NCBI RefSeq assembly: GCF_009914755.1
Contig: NC_060925.1
Length of the DNA: 64,000 nt
Source of the DNA: the human T2T-CHM13v2.0 reference genome, Homo sapiens
Strand: one strand, 5' to 3'
In this document: positions 32,691 to 56,832 of the stretch, in pieces
Numbering within the stretch: position 1 is the stretch's first letter
Layout: the number at the start of each line of letters is the position of its first letter
Program-made: the position numbers and the translations under genes
Notes under the pieces: generated by a model
Database searches by the model: none
What the model saw: only the letters and a program-made list of their open reading frames with translations
What the model was told of the DNA's origin: nothing

Positions 32691-32710
32691 AGGAAGTTTA
32701 TACTTTTTAA

Positions 32711-33217
32711 CCCTTTTCCTGTTTGCCCTAAAAATACTCACTGGTGGGGCTTGTGGCTGTGGTGTTTACTGGAGATAAGTTTGCCACAAAATAGCATGCG
32801 TTTATTATTTTCACATTGCTCTAGCATATTGACTTTGGAAACAAAAGACATAATTCTATTCATAGCATTCTGTTTTTAGTAGTGGTATTTCCACTTATAA
32901 AATATAGTAATTCTCGATCGCCGAAAACATCAAATGCTAAAAAGTGTAGCATTCCTATCATGGTAACATTGTTCTCCAACAGCTATTGGACAACAATTCA
33001 TTTGATTAATCCAATTTTTCTGAAATAGACGATTCTGATGATTCAGACGATTTGGATGTTAGCTCTGTTTAGAAATAACTTCACTAACAGTTTTTACATT
33101 TCATTTTCACATTGAAAATCGGTCAGATTTGCTTCAGCCTCAAAGAGCGTGCTTACGTAAAATTAAATGAGTGCTGGTAGCAAGCTGCACTGTTTTTCTT
33201 TCTAAATGGGAAAGGGG
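32711..33217 (+). mobile_element. MER75 (non-autonomous piggyBac), full length
   Basis: TTAA|CCCTTTTCCTGTTTG … CTAAATGGGAAAGGGG|TTGA; inverted termini; internal GACGATTCTGATGATTCAGACGAT as in recalled MER75. Confidence 0.9.
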
Positions 33218-33221
33218 TTGA

Positions 33222-41391
<8,170 letters not shown>

Positions 41392-41490
41392 GGATGTTTA
41401 TACTATTAATGGATAATTAGAGTTTATAAAAAAAAATACTTCAGACGGGATGACTGTTCTCATGGTCAAAAAAAAATATATTTTCTCTTC

Positions 41491-41784
41491 TTTTGGTTTT
41501 GAGAGACAGGGTGTAACTTTGTCACCCAAGCTGGAGTGCAGTGGCACGAACATGGCTCACTACAGCCTCGACTTCTCTGGGCTCAGGTGATCCTACCACC
41601 TCAGTCTCTCAAATAGCTGGGACTACAGGTGTGCAACACTATGCCTGGCTAACTTTTGTATTTTTGTAGAGACAGGCTTTCGCCATGTTGCCCAGGCTGG
41701 TCTGGAACTCCTGGACGCAGGTGATCCATCTGCTTCGGCCTCCCAAAGTGTTGGGATTATAGGCATGAGCCACTGCTCCCAGCC
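41491..41784 (-). mobile_element. Alu (AluJ-like)
   Basis: Diverged antisense Alu. Confidence 0.9.
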
Positions 41785-43013
41785 TTTATTTCCTTAACCA
41801 TGAGATTGTTGTCACAAATGAAAGGCTAAACATAAGAAACAAATGTTGTTGCTAAATATGAAGGAAACTAGCAAGTGTATAATATGATGAAGTTAATATT
41901 GATTAGAAAATCCAATTATTTCTATGGTTTATTCTGATATATCCCAAGATAGCTGTTTGTCAGCAGGTGAACTTCCTATTTAATTGGCATTATTGAGTAA
42001 TTAGATGTATTCCCAGAGCAGCAATAAAATGAAATTCTCATGTGTCAGTAACATGGTTGAGGTTTTTGTTTTGTTGTTTTACTCTTGAGTTTATCCAACT
42101 GAGACCAAGTAGACTTGTTTTATCTGGAAATAATTTTTAATTTAATATTTGGTAAGTGTGTGGTTATATAATTATTTTCATCATAAGAATTATGGAAAAA
42201 ATTTACAAATGACAAAAATTTGTGATAATTTACCTTTTTCTCATACTAAATCCTTCAAGGCCTCACTGTCTTTTTCCTGGGGTCCTGGAGCCTTCTGACT
42301 GGCTTCTCTCTGTGCATTGCAGGACTTTTCCTCAGGTCAACTTATCTTCTAGAAGAGAAATTTGATCTTTGTACCATGTAACCTATATCAGTAATGCATT
42401 CATCTGTAAATAACAGAGAACTGTACTACAGTGGCTTAAACAAATAGGGGTTTATTTGTCTCATCCATTACAAGGTAGGGGTAGGTACAGTGGCTTCAAA
42501 CTGCTTCCAGAGTTCCAGTCTCTTTTCATCTTTCTGCTCTGCCATCCTTATTATATAGACATTCACCCTCATGCTAGCTGTGGCATGAATGGAAGATGGC
42601 TGCTTCACCTCCAGGCCTCGCTTCTACATTCTAGGCAGGAAGAAGGTAGAGGGTGAAAAGGACAAAAAGGATTAAAAAGTCTCAAGAAGACTTTGCCTTT
42701 TTCCATAAAGGGAAGCCCTCCTTGAGCACTTTTGACTAGTTGCAAAGGAACTGGAGAAATTAGGTACTTTGGTTTTTTTAGCCTTAATAGTATAAGTAGT
42801 CAAAGAAGAAGGTAGATATTATTGGTTTTTCAATAGCCAAACCACAGTTTTTATCATATACTCTCTATTCCATAAAAGATCTTCAAAGGTTCATCATTGC
42901 TTACAGTGTGAAGTCTATATGTCTTATTATTGTGTAGTATGATGTTGTAGAATGATTTCTTACCTAACTTCAAGAATTTATAGACAACTTAACTTCATTT
43001 TTGCTCATGTACC

Positions 43014-43432
43014 TGTATTAGTCAGGGTTCTCCAGAGAAATAGAACCACTAGGATGTGTAGATGTATAGAAAAAGGCTTATTTTAAGGAACTGGCTCACC
43101 CAATTATGGAGACAAGCAAGTCTAAAATCTGCAGAGTGGGCTGTCAGGCTGGAGACTCAAGAAGAGCCAACATTGTAGTTCAAGTCTGAAGGCCATCTGC
43201 TGATAGATTCTCTTTAACTCAGGGGAAGTCAGCCTTTTGTTCTATTTAGACCTTCAACTCACTGGGTGAGGCCTATCTAAATTATGAAGGGCAAGCTGCC
43301 TTACTCAAAATCTACTGATTTAAATATTAATCTCATCAAAAAACGTCCCCCTGTAAACATCCAGAATAACATTTTATCATACAGTTACACACTGTGGCCT
43401 AGCCAAGTTGACAGAAAAAATTAACCATCACA
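43014..43432 (-). mobile_element. MLT2 (MLT2C/D-like) solo LTR
   Basis: TGTATTAGTCAGGGTTCTCCAGAGAAA … AAATTAACCATCACA; TSD GTACC/GCACC. Confidence 0.85.
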
Positions 43433-43780
43433 GCACCTAAATTAAGCATGACTGAGGGCTGGGCATGGTGGCTCATGCCTATAATCCTAATACTTTGGGA
43501 GGCTGAAGTGGGAAGATTGCTTGAACTCAGGAGGTCAAGACTGCAGTGAGCTATAATTGCACCACTGCACCACTGCACTGTAGCCTGAGTGACAGAATGA
43601 GGCCCCCTCTCTCTCTAAAAAAAAGCATGCTTGAACACCAGGAAAGAATGACTGAGAAAGATGAGCCCAAAGGGGTGACAGAGACAATACCATGCAGGGT
43701 AGTATAGGCCCTGATGAGGAAAGAGCAGCCTTTATATGAAGAGCAATAGAGATTACTGAAGGGTTTTAAATCACTTCAGA

Positions 43781-44109
43781 CAGGGATTCCCGACCTCCAG
43801 GTGGCAGACTGGTACCAGCTGGTGACCTGTTAGGAACTGGGCTGCACAGCAGGAGGTGAGCGGTGGGTGAGCAAGCATTATTGCCTGAGCTCTGCCTCCT
43901 TTCAGATCAGTGGTGGCATTAGAGTCTCATGATCCCTATTATGAACTGTGCATGCGAAGGATCTGGGTTACATGCTCCTTATGAGAATCTAACTAATGCC
44001 TGATGTTCTGAGGTAGAACAGTTTCATCCCAAAACCATCCCCCTCCATCCATGGAAAAATTGTTTTCCATAAAACCGGTCCCTGGTGCCAAAAAGGCTGG
44101 TGACTGCTG
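43781..44109 (+). mobile_element. MER1B (hAT-Charlie MITE)
   Basis: CAGGGATTCCCGACC … AAGGCTGGTGACTGCTG; 8-bp TSD ACTTCAGA/ACTTAAGA. Confidence 0.88.
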
Positions 44110-44717
44110 ACTTAAGATGTTTGCTCACCTATTTCCTCCCATCTTTATTCTGACCCTTCTTCCAACCAATGTAGTTTGTATGGAATTGACCTCAAATTGG
44201 CTTAAGACATTTAGCAAACCTAATCCCATTGGCCACAGTGATTAGTTCAGGGATGGGTCAATAAGACACAGTATGCCATTTGCTGGAGCTTCTGAGAAAG
44301 TGTCCTCTTTTGCTGTGTTTGCTAGAGTAACTATGTGATGCTTAGAAACTGCTGCAGCCATGTTGCTATCACTAGAGGGGTAATCTTAAGGTAACACTGA
44401 CACACGGAGAAGACAGAACTGTGAAATGGAGCTTGGTGAAAGATTATAAACAGATTCCTGTATCAAGCTGTAACTGAAACTCTTCTACTCCTAAATCTCC
44501 AGTTGAGACAGAAAATTGCCATTTATTAGATTCAAAACCATATGACTTAGGCTTTCTATGCCTTGCAACATGAATATTGTTAATTAATATATGTCAAGTA
44601 ATCACATTTTCATTTTAGAAAGCTTATTTTGGTCTGTAGGGATAATGGATTGAAAGACATAAGGTAGGGAGACAAGTCCCAGGAATATTAAGTCACAGTT
44701 TAAAAATTTCCTTGGTT

Positions 44718-45861
44718 TACAAAGATGGTGCACCTCCATTTCCAAGTTCTGGGCTCTTGCTGTTGCAGGGCGGAGTGTGGCTGCCAGGAAGCCACCCCCC
44801 GACAGCCTGTCAGAGGAGAGCAGTACTTTGGACCTGCCATAAGCCTGTATGTGAAGGATTATGTCCTGCAGAGATGCAGCCAAGAGGCCAACAGCAAGGC
44901 TTTTAGTTCTGTGAAATTCCATTCTTTTCCTTGCTTTTCTGATGTGGATCCAGACACCAGGAGCCTAAATACTAAACAAAATGACTCTGGGACCACTGAG
45001 AACTTTTGATTTCACCTTTCTGTGTAAGGCCAATCAGAGACCGTAGAAGAGGATAATGGACTTCAGAAATCTCTGGATAAATTCTATGAAATGTTTGGAT
45101 ATCCAAAGCTAGCCTCTGGGAATCCATTCTCTGCATCTGTCTGCCAGTGCCTGTCTCAGAAAATCCCTCAACTAAGAGTCCAGGAGAGCCAAAAGTATGC
45201 CCTCTATAGTTTTCAAATGTCCCAGGTCATCTTTAACTGCGATGGCTGCTCAGTCTTGCAGAGGGACATCCACTTCTACTCACTGGAGGAAGGAAGTACA
45301 TCTGTAGATGATGAAAAACCAACCCAGAACTTTCAAAAGATATTAATTTTCTCTTATGGCAGAATTCAACGAAAGACCCAAAACTGGTGCCTGGCGGTGA
45401 GCAGGGAGTATTGGAGGTATAGGTTGTGACCAGTACTGTTTGCAGCCACCCAGATCCCCTAGGGTCTCTTGCCAGCTCACTGTGTTCAATCTTAACTAAG
45501 TGATTTGTGGTTAAAGGCTGGCACCTGTGACCTGGTGTTGGAGCCAGTCAGTCCGTATAGAAACCAGCAGGGTCTGGGGGTTTTATGTGCCTGTGGCCAC
45601 TCCACCTCCCACTCCCCTTGGCTGAGGCCATGGACTGACAGGGTTAGGAGTCAAAAGCCCAGCTCCCTTCACAAGGAGGCACACACTCTGAGGCATAATT
45701 TATACTCCATAGGTCCCTCCCCTGGCAGTCAGGCCAATGCTGGGACTTACATGAAATCACACTCTTGCTGGGCTTCATCCCTTTCCCCATCCTCCTCCCA
45801 TTATTTATGGGTGTGTCTGTGAGCCTTTCCTTAATAAACCTCTTATATCTGAAAAAAAAAA
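44718..45861 (+). pseudogene. Processed pseudogene of SHLD1 (C20orf196, shieldin subunit 1); CDS-equivalent 44777-45383
   Basis: Conceptual translation VAAR…DSLSEESSTLDLP*…DYVLQRCSQEANSKAFSSVKFHSFPCFSDVDPDT…ENF*…GLQKSLDKFYEMFG…SASVCQCLSQKIPQLRVQESQKYAL…IFNCDGCSVLQR…EEGSTSVDDEKP matches SHLD1 as I recall it; intronless; AATAAA 45833; A10 tail; TSD AAAAATTTCCTTGGTT / AAAAATTCCTTTGTT. Confidence 0.9.
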
Positions 45862-45976
45862 TTCCTTTGTTCAATATTGCACTATTCACCCACAGACCTC
45901 ATATTTAAAATCCATTTCCAGGCAACTGCCTTTGGGTCCCCTCCCTTCGTATGAGAGCTCTGTTTTCACTCTATTA

Positions 45977-46159
<183 letters not shown>

Positions 46160-47018
46160 CTAAAGGCTTGCCATTGTTCCTGCATGGCTAAGTGCCCGGG
46201 TTCATCCTAATCGAGCTGAACACTAGTCACTGGGTTCCATGGTTCTCTTCCATAACCCATGGCTTCTAATAGAGCTATAACAATCACCGCATGGCCCAAG
46301 ATTCCATTCCTTGGAATCCGTGAGGCCAAGAACCCCAGATCAGAGAACATGAGGCTTGCCACCATCTTGGAAGCAGCCCGCCGCCATCTTGGGAGCTCTG
46401 GGAGCAAGGACCCCAGGTAACATTTGGTGACCACGAAGGGACTTCCAAAGCGGTGAGTAATATTAGACCACTTTCACTTGCTATTCTGTCCTATTCTTCC
46501 TTAGAATTGGAGGAAAATACTGGGCACCTGTCGTCCGGTTCGTCTGTCTGGAGCCAGCTTCCACTTTCAATTTTCTTGGAGAAACCAAGGGCCGACTAGA
46601 GGCAGAAAGCTGTCATCCCGAACTCCTGACATTAGCCGGTTGAGATCATGGCACAGCCAGAAGTCTCTACAGTCGCCCATGCGTGTGCCCCTACCTTTCC
46701 CTCTGACCCATACCTCCTGGGTCCCGACCACGACTTTCTTGAAAGTGTAGCCCCAAAATTCTCCTTACCTCTGAATCTGCTTCCTCTGATCCCTGCCTCC
46801 TAGGTACTAATGGTTCAGACTTTCATTTCCTCTAGCAAGCTGTATCTCGAAAGGGATCTAAGGAAGCTCTACGCTGTGTCCTGAGGCATCTAGACATAAA
46901 CCCAGGGAGTCTTATCCCTGGTGTCCCTCCTGATTTAGGTATACAGCTCTCGATATGGGCAGTTATGTGGGACCCGTTCCCCACCACCCTTGCCAGGGCC
47001 CCAAGTTTGTAATGGCTA

Positions 47019-47200
47019 AGAGAAGAGAAAGAGTGACAGAGGAGAGAGAGATGGAAGAGAGAAAGAGAGATGGAAGAGAGAGAGAGAGAGAGAGATGGAG
47101 GAGAGACAGAGGAGAGAGAGACAGAGGAGAGACAGAGGAGATAGAGAGAGAGAGATAAAGAGGGAGTCAAAGAGAAAAAGAAAAAGACAGAAATAGTAAA
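47019..47200 (+). repeat. AG-rich low-complexity tract in the HERV-W pre-gag leader
   Basis: (GA)n/GGAGAGACAGA arrays; typical of the HERV-W leader. Confidence 0.85.
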
Positions 47201-47724
47201 CAAACAAACAAACAAAAACCAGTGTGCCCTATTCCTTTAAAAGCCAGGGTAAATTTAAAACCTATGATTGATAATTGAAGGTCTTCTCCCTGACCCTATA
47301 ACATTCCAATACCACTTTGTTGTCAGTGTAAATAAGGGCGTAGCCGAAAGCACTGAGGCCACCGACAACCAGTAGCCTTCCTATCAAAAATCCTTAACCC
47401 AGGAACCCGCGGGTGGCCCAAATGCATTCAATCTGTAGCAGCAACTGCTTTGCTAACAGAAGAAAGTAGAAAATTAGCCTTTAGAGGAAACCTCATTGTG
47501 AGCACACCTCACCAGTTCAGAACTATCGTAAGTCAAAAAAGCAAACAGGTAGCTTACTAACTCAAAAATCTTAAAGTATGGGTCTATTCTGTTAGAAAAA
47601 GGTAATTTAACACCAACCACTGATAATTCCCTTAACCCAGCAGATTTCCTAACAGGGGATTTAAATCTTAATTACCATACAAAGGTCCGACCAGACCTAG
47701 GAGGAACTCCCTTCAGGACAGGAC

Positions 47725-48008
<284 letters not shown>

Positions 48009-48597
48009 TGACCGATAGATGGTTCCTCCCAGGAGACTGAGGGAAAAACCACAACGGGTATTCAGTAATTGATAGGGAGACTCTTGTGGAAGCAGAGTTA
48101 GAAAAATTGCCTAATAATTGGTCTCCTCAAACGTGGGAGCTGTTTGCACTTAGCCGAGCCTTAAAGTACTTACAGAATCAAAAAAGACTATCTCAATCCT
48201 GACTCAAAAGGTTACCCACACCCTCTCTGAAACAAATTTGCATAAGAACTGTTGTTTATGGGAATGAATCTTGATGGGGCAGCTGGGTTGTTATGAAATA
48301 CTCAGGAACCCAGCCCAGCTCTAGGACTCACCCCTGAGCACAAATGCAATGTTGGGCACGCTGGTAAAGGACCACTAGAATCCAGCAGCCCGGACCCATT
48401 TCTTTGTGGTCAAGAAAGACGGAAAAAGGGGTGCAGGACTGCTACATCGGTAAGCGTAACTAATCCGATAAGCAGAGGTCCATGGGTGGTTACGCACCCT
48501 GGAAGGGAATAAACATTAGGACCATAGAGGACGCTCTAGGACTAATGCTCATCAGAAAATGACTAGGGGTGCTGGCATCCCTATGTTCTTTTTTCAG

Positions 48598-50048
48598 ATG
48601 GGAAACATTCCCCCCAAGGCAAAAACGCCCCTAAGATGTATTCTGGAGAATTGGGACCAATTTGACCCTCAGATGCTAAGAAAGAAACTACTTATATTCT
48701 TCTGCAGTACTGCCTGGCCACAATATCCTCTTCAAGGGGGAGAAACCTGGCCTCCTAAGAGAAGTATAAATTATAACAGCATCTTACAGCTAGACCTCTT
48801 TTGTAGAAAAGAAGGCAAATGGAGTGAAGTGCCATATGTGCAAACTTTCTTTTCATTAAGAGACAACTGGCAATTATGTAAAAAGTGTGATTTATGCCCT
48901 ACAGGAAGCCCTCAGAGTCTACCTCCCTACCCCAGTGTCCCCCTGACTCCTTCCCCAACTAATAAGGACCCCCCTTCAACCCAAATGGTCCAAGAGGAGA
49001 TAGACAAAGGGGTAAACAATGAACCAAAGAGTACCAGTATTCCCCGATTATGCCCCCTCCAAGCAGTAGGAGGAGGAGAATTCGGCCCAGCCAGAGTGCA
49101 TGTACCTTTATCTCTCTCAGACTTAAAGCAAATTAAAATAGACCTAGGTAAATTCTCAGATAACCCTGATGGCTATATTGATGTTTTAGAAGGGTTAGGA
49201 CAATCCTTTGATTTGACATGGAGAGATATGTTACTGCTAAATCAGACACTAACCCCAAATGAGAGAAGTGCCGCCATAACTGCAGCCCGAGAGTTTGGTG
49301 ATCTCTGGTATCTCAGTCAGCTCAATGATAGGATGACAACAGAGGAAAGAGAATGATTCCCCACAGGCCAGCAGGCAGTTCCCACTGTAGACCTTCATTG
49401 GGACACAGAATCAGAACATGGAGATTGGTGCCGCAGACATTTGCTAACTTGCGCGCTAGAAGGACTAAGGAAAACTAGGAAGAAGCCTATGAATTATTCA
49501 ATGATGTCCACTATAACACAGGGAAAGGAAGAAAATCCTTCTGCCTTTCTGGAGAGACTAAGGGAGACATTGAGGAAGCATACCTCCCTGTCACCTGACT
49601 CTATTGAAGGTCAACTAATCTTAAAGGATAAATTTTTCACTCAGTCAGCTGCAGACATTAGAAAAAAACTTCAGAAGTCCTCCTTAGGCCTGGAGCAAAA
49701 CTTAGAAACCCTATTGAACTTGGCAACGTTGGTTTTTTATAATAGAGATCAGGAGGAACGGGACAAACGGGATAAAAAAAAAAGGGCCACCGCTTTAGTC
49801 ATGGCCCTCAGGCAAGCGGACTTTGGAGGCTCTGGAAAAGAGAAAAGCTGGGCAAATCGAATGCTAATAGGGCTTGCTTCCAGTGCGGTCTACAAGGACA
49901 CTTTAAAAAAGATTGTCCAAGTAGAAGTAAGCCACCCCCTCGTCCATGCCCCTTATGTCAAGGGAATCACTGGAAGGCCCACTGCCCCAGGGGACGAAGG
50001 TCCTCTGAGTCAGAAGCCACTAACCAGATGATCCAGCAGCAGGACTGA
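48598..50048 (+). pseudogene. HERV-W gag (one in-frame TGA at 49354-49356, one frameshift near 49865)
   Basis: MGNIPPKAKTPLRCILENWDQFDP…QGKEENPSAFLERLRE; zinc knuckles CFQCGLQGHFKKDC in the shifted frame. Confidence 0.92.
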
Positions 50049-52650
50049 GGGTGCCCGGGGCAAGTGCCAGCCCATGCCATCACCCTCACAGAGCCCCAGG
50101 TATGCTAGACCATTGAGGGCCAGGAGGTTAACTGCCTCCTGGACACTGGCACAGCCTTCTCAGTCTTACTCTCCTGTCCCGGACAACTGTCCTCCAGATC
50201 TGTCACTATCCGAGGGGTCCTAGGACAGCCAGTTACTAGATACTTCTCTCAGCCACTAAGTTGTGACTGGGGAGCTTTACTGTTTTCACATGCTTTTCTA
50301 ATTATGCCTGAAAGCCCCACTCCCTTGTTAGGGAGAGACATTCTAGCAAAAGCAGGGGCCATTATACACCTGAACATAGGAGAAGGAACACTCGTTTGTT
50401 GTCCCCTGCTTGAGGAAGGAATTAATCCTGAAGTCTGGGCAAGAGAAGGACAATATGGACGAGCAAAGAATGCCCGTCCTGCTCAAGTTAAACTAAAGGA
50501 GCCCGCCTCCTTTCCCTACCAAAGGCAGTACCCCCTTAGACCCGAGGCCCAACAAGGACTCCAAAAGATTGTTAAAGACCTAAAAGCCCAAGGCCTAGTA
50601 AAACCATGCAATAGCCCCTGCAATGCTCCAATTTTAGGAGTACAGAAACCCAACGGACAGTGGAGGTTAGTGCAAGATCTCAGGATTATCAATGAGGCCG
50701 TTGTCCCTCTATACCCAGCTGTACCTAACCCTTATACTCTGCTTTCCCAAATGCCAGAGGAAGCAGAGTAGTTTACAGTCCTGGACCTAAAGGGTGCCTT
50801 TTGTGCATCCCTGTACATCCTGACTCTCAATTCTTGTTTTCCTTTGAAGATCCTTCGAACCCAACGTCTCAACTCACCTGGACTGTTTTACCCCAAGGGT
50901 TCAGGGATAGCCCCCATCTATTTGGCCAGGCATTAGCCCAAGACTTGAGCCAGTTCTCATACCTGGACCCTCTTGTCCTTTGGTACGTGGTGATTTAATT
51001 TTAGCCACTCGTTCAGAAACCTTTTGCCACTAAGCCACCCAAGCACTCTTAAATTTCCTCGCCATCTGTGGCTACAAAGTTTCCAAACCAAAGGCTCAGC
51101 TCTGCTCACAACAGGTTAAATACTTAGGGTTAAAATTATCCAAAGGCACCAGGGCCCTCAGTGAGAAACGTATCCAGCCTATACTGGCTTATCCTCATCC
51201 CAAAACACTAAAGCAACTAAGAGGATTCCTTGGCATAACAGGCTTCTGCCAAATGTGGTTTCCCAGGTACGGCGAAATAGCCAGGCCTTTATATACACTA
51301 ATTAAGGAAACTCAGAAAGCCAATACCCATTTAGTAAGATGGACACTTGAAGCAGAAGCAGCTTTCCAGGCCCTAAAGAAGGCCCTAACCCAAGCCCCAG
51401 TGTTGAGCTTGCCAACAAGGCAAGACTTTTCTTTATATGTCACAGAAAAAACCGGAATAGCTCTAGGAGTCCTTACACAGGTCCGAGGGATCAGCTTGTA
51501 ATCTGTGGCGTACCTGAGTAAGGAAATTGATGTAGTGGCAAAGGGTTGGCCTCATTGTTTACTGGTAGTGGCAGCAGTAACAGTCTTAGTATCTGAAGCA
51601 GTTAAAATGATACAGGAAGAGATCTTACTGTGTGGACATCTCATGATGTGAATGGCATACTCACTGCTAAAGGAGACTTGTGGCTGTCAGAAAACCGTTT
51701 ACTTAAATATCAGGCTCTATTACTTGAAGGGCCAGTGCTGCGACTGTGCACTTGCGCAACTCTTAATCCAGTCACATTTCTTCCAGACAATGAAGAAAAA
51801 AATAGAACTTAACTGTCAGCAAGTAATTGCTCAAACCTGCGCCGCTCGAGGGGACCTTCTAGAGGTTCCCTTGACTGATCCCCACCTCAACTTGTATACT
51901 GATGGAAGTCCCTTTGTAGAAAAAGGACTTCGAAAAGCAGGGTATGCAGTGGTCAGTGGTAATGGAATACTTGAAAGTAATTCCCTCACTCCAGGAACTA
52001 GCGCTCAGCTGGCAGAACTAATAGCCCTCACTTGGGCACTAAAATTAAGGGAAGAAAAAAGGTAAATATATATACAGACTCTTAAGTATGCTTACCTAGT
52101 CCTCCATGCCCATGCAGCAATATAGAGAGAAAGGGAATTCCCAACTTCCGAGGGATCACCTATCAAACATCAGGAAGCCATTAGGAGATTATTATTGGCT
52201 ATAAAGAAACCTAAAGAGGTGGCAGTCTTACACTGCCAAGGTCATCAGAAAGGAAAGGAAAGGGAAACAGAAGGGAATCGCCAAGCAGATATTGAAGCCA
52301 AAAGAGCCGCAAGGCAGGACCCTCCATTAGAAATGCTTATAGAAGGACCCCTAGTGTGGGGTAATCCCCTCCAGGAAACCAAGCCCCGGTACTCAGAAGA
52401 AGAAATAGAATGGGGAACCTCATGAGGACATAGTTTCCTCCCCTCAGGATGGCTAGCCACCAAGAAGGAAAAATACTTTTGCCTGCAGCTAACCAATGGA
52501 AATTACTTAAAACCCTTCACCAAACCTTTCACTTAGGCATTGATAGCACCCATCAGATGGCCAAATCATTATTTACTGGACCAGGCCTTTTCAAAACTAT
52601 CAAGCAGATAGTCAGGGCCTGTGAAGTGTGGCAAAGAAATAATCTCCTGC
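50049..52650 (+). pseudogene. HERV-W pro-pol remnant, integrase truncated
   Basis: LLDTG protease; LPQGFRDSPHLF; YVDD broken by a 1-nt deletion (TACGTGG-TGAT, ~50990); RNaseH YTDGS…SAQLAELIAL. Confidence 0.92.
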
Positions 52651-52678
52651 ACTGCAGGCCATATATTTCAATCCCTCT

Positions 52679-52906
52679 ATCTTTAACCTCCTTGTTAAGT
52701 TTGTCTCTTCCAGAATCGAAGCTGTAAAACTACAAATCATTCTTCAAATGGAGCCCCAGATGCAATCCATGACTAAGATCTACTGCGGACCCCTGGACCG
52801 GCCTGCTAGCCCATGCTCCAATGTTAATGACATTGAAGGCACCCCTCCTGAGGAAATCTCAACTGTACAACCCCTACTATGCCCCAGTTCAGCAGGAAGC
52901 AGTTAG
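52679..52906 (+). pseudogene. HERV-W env cytoplasmic-tail remnant
   Basis: IFNLLVKFVSSRIEAVKLQIILQMEPQMQSMTKIYCGPLDRPASP…SAGSS*, homologous to the syncytin-1 C-terminus. Confidence 0.9.
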
Positions 52907-53270
52907 AGTGGTTGTTGGCCAACCTCCCCAACAGCACTTGGGTTTTCCTGTTGAGAGGGGGGACTGAGAGACAGGACTAGCTGAATTTCCTAGGCCAACT
53001 AAGAATCCCTAAGGCTAGCTGGGAAGGTGACCACGTCCACCTTTAAACACGGGGCTTGCAACTTAGCTCACATCTGACCAATCAGAGAGCTCAGTAAAAT
53101 GCTAATTAGGCAAAAACAGGACGTAAAGAAATAGCCAATCATCTTATCACCTGAGAGCACAATGGGAAGGACAATGATCGGGATGTAAACCCAAGCATTC
53201 GAGCCAGCAACAGCTACCCTCTTTGGGTCCCCTCCCTTTGTATGGGAGCTCTGTCTTCACTCCTGCAACT

Positions 53271-53304
<34 letters not shown>

Positions 53305-53673
53305 CCATTTCCTCCCTCTCCCCAACTCAGGTCTCCTCATCACAGCTCAATGGAAAAGATAATGATTCTGTCTCTTGAATCACCCAGACATGGAGTTTCC
53401 CATGGTAATCTTAGGGCTGTTGGACCAAACTGTGGAAACCCTCACTCCAGGGTGCACGCAGAAATTCTAGAAGCCCTGAGGTTGAGGCTGACATGCAAAG
53501 CTTCAATGATCACAGCACTTGATTCTAGTATTACAGAATACTGTCTACTGAGAGCTCTAGCTCATTCTTTGAAGGCACTGTGAAGAAACCCTATGACAAC
53601 AGTGTTGATGAAATTCATTCATGTTATTGTGTGTAGCTGTACTTTGTTAATTTTCATTGCCATATGATATTCC

Positions 53674-53829
53674 ACTGTATGAATATTGCCCCCTAAATTA
53701 TTAGACTATTGATTGATTAGACTATTGATAGACTATTAGACTATTGATACTACTGTATGAATATGCCCCCTAAATTATTAGACTATTGATTGGTAGACTA
53801 TTGATAGATTAGACTATTGATAGATAGAT
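53674..53829 (+). repeat. Nested tandem repeat (TTAGACTATTGA units inside a ~78-bp duplication)
   Basis: ACTGTATGAATAT(T)GCCCCCTAAATTATTAGACTATTGAT occurs at 53674 and 53752. Confidence 0.9.
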
Positions 53830-53899
53830 ATAAACAAATGGGTTGTTTCCCATTTGGAGTAATTATATACAATGCCGCAACAGACATTATTACTATTAT

Positions 53900-56832
<2,933 letters not shown>

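Noticed and set aside
46832-47215. Ser/Leu- and Arg/Glu-rich ORFs (also 54656-54949)
   Set aside because: Artefacts of GA-rich low-complexity sequence.
53690-53829. Repeat array superficially like a CRISPR
   Set aside because: Units are 12 bp with no unique spacers, in a primate genome.
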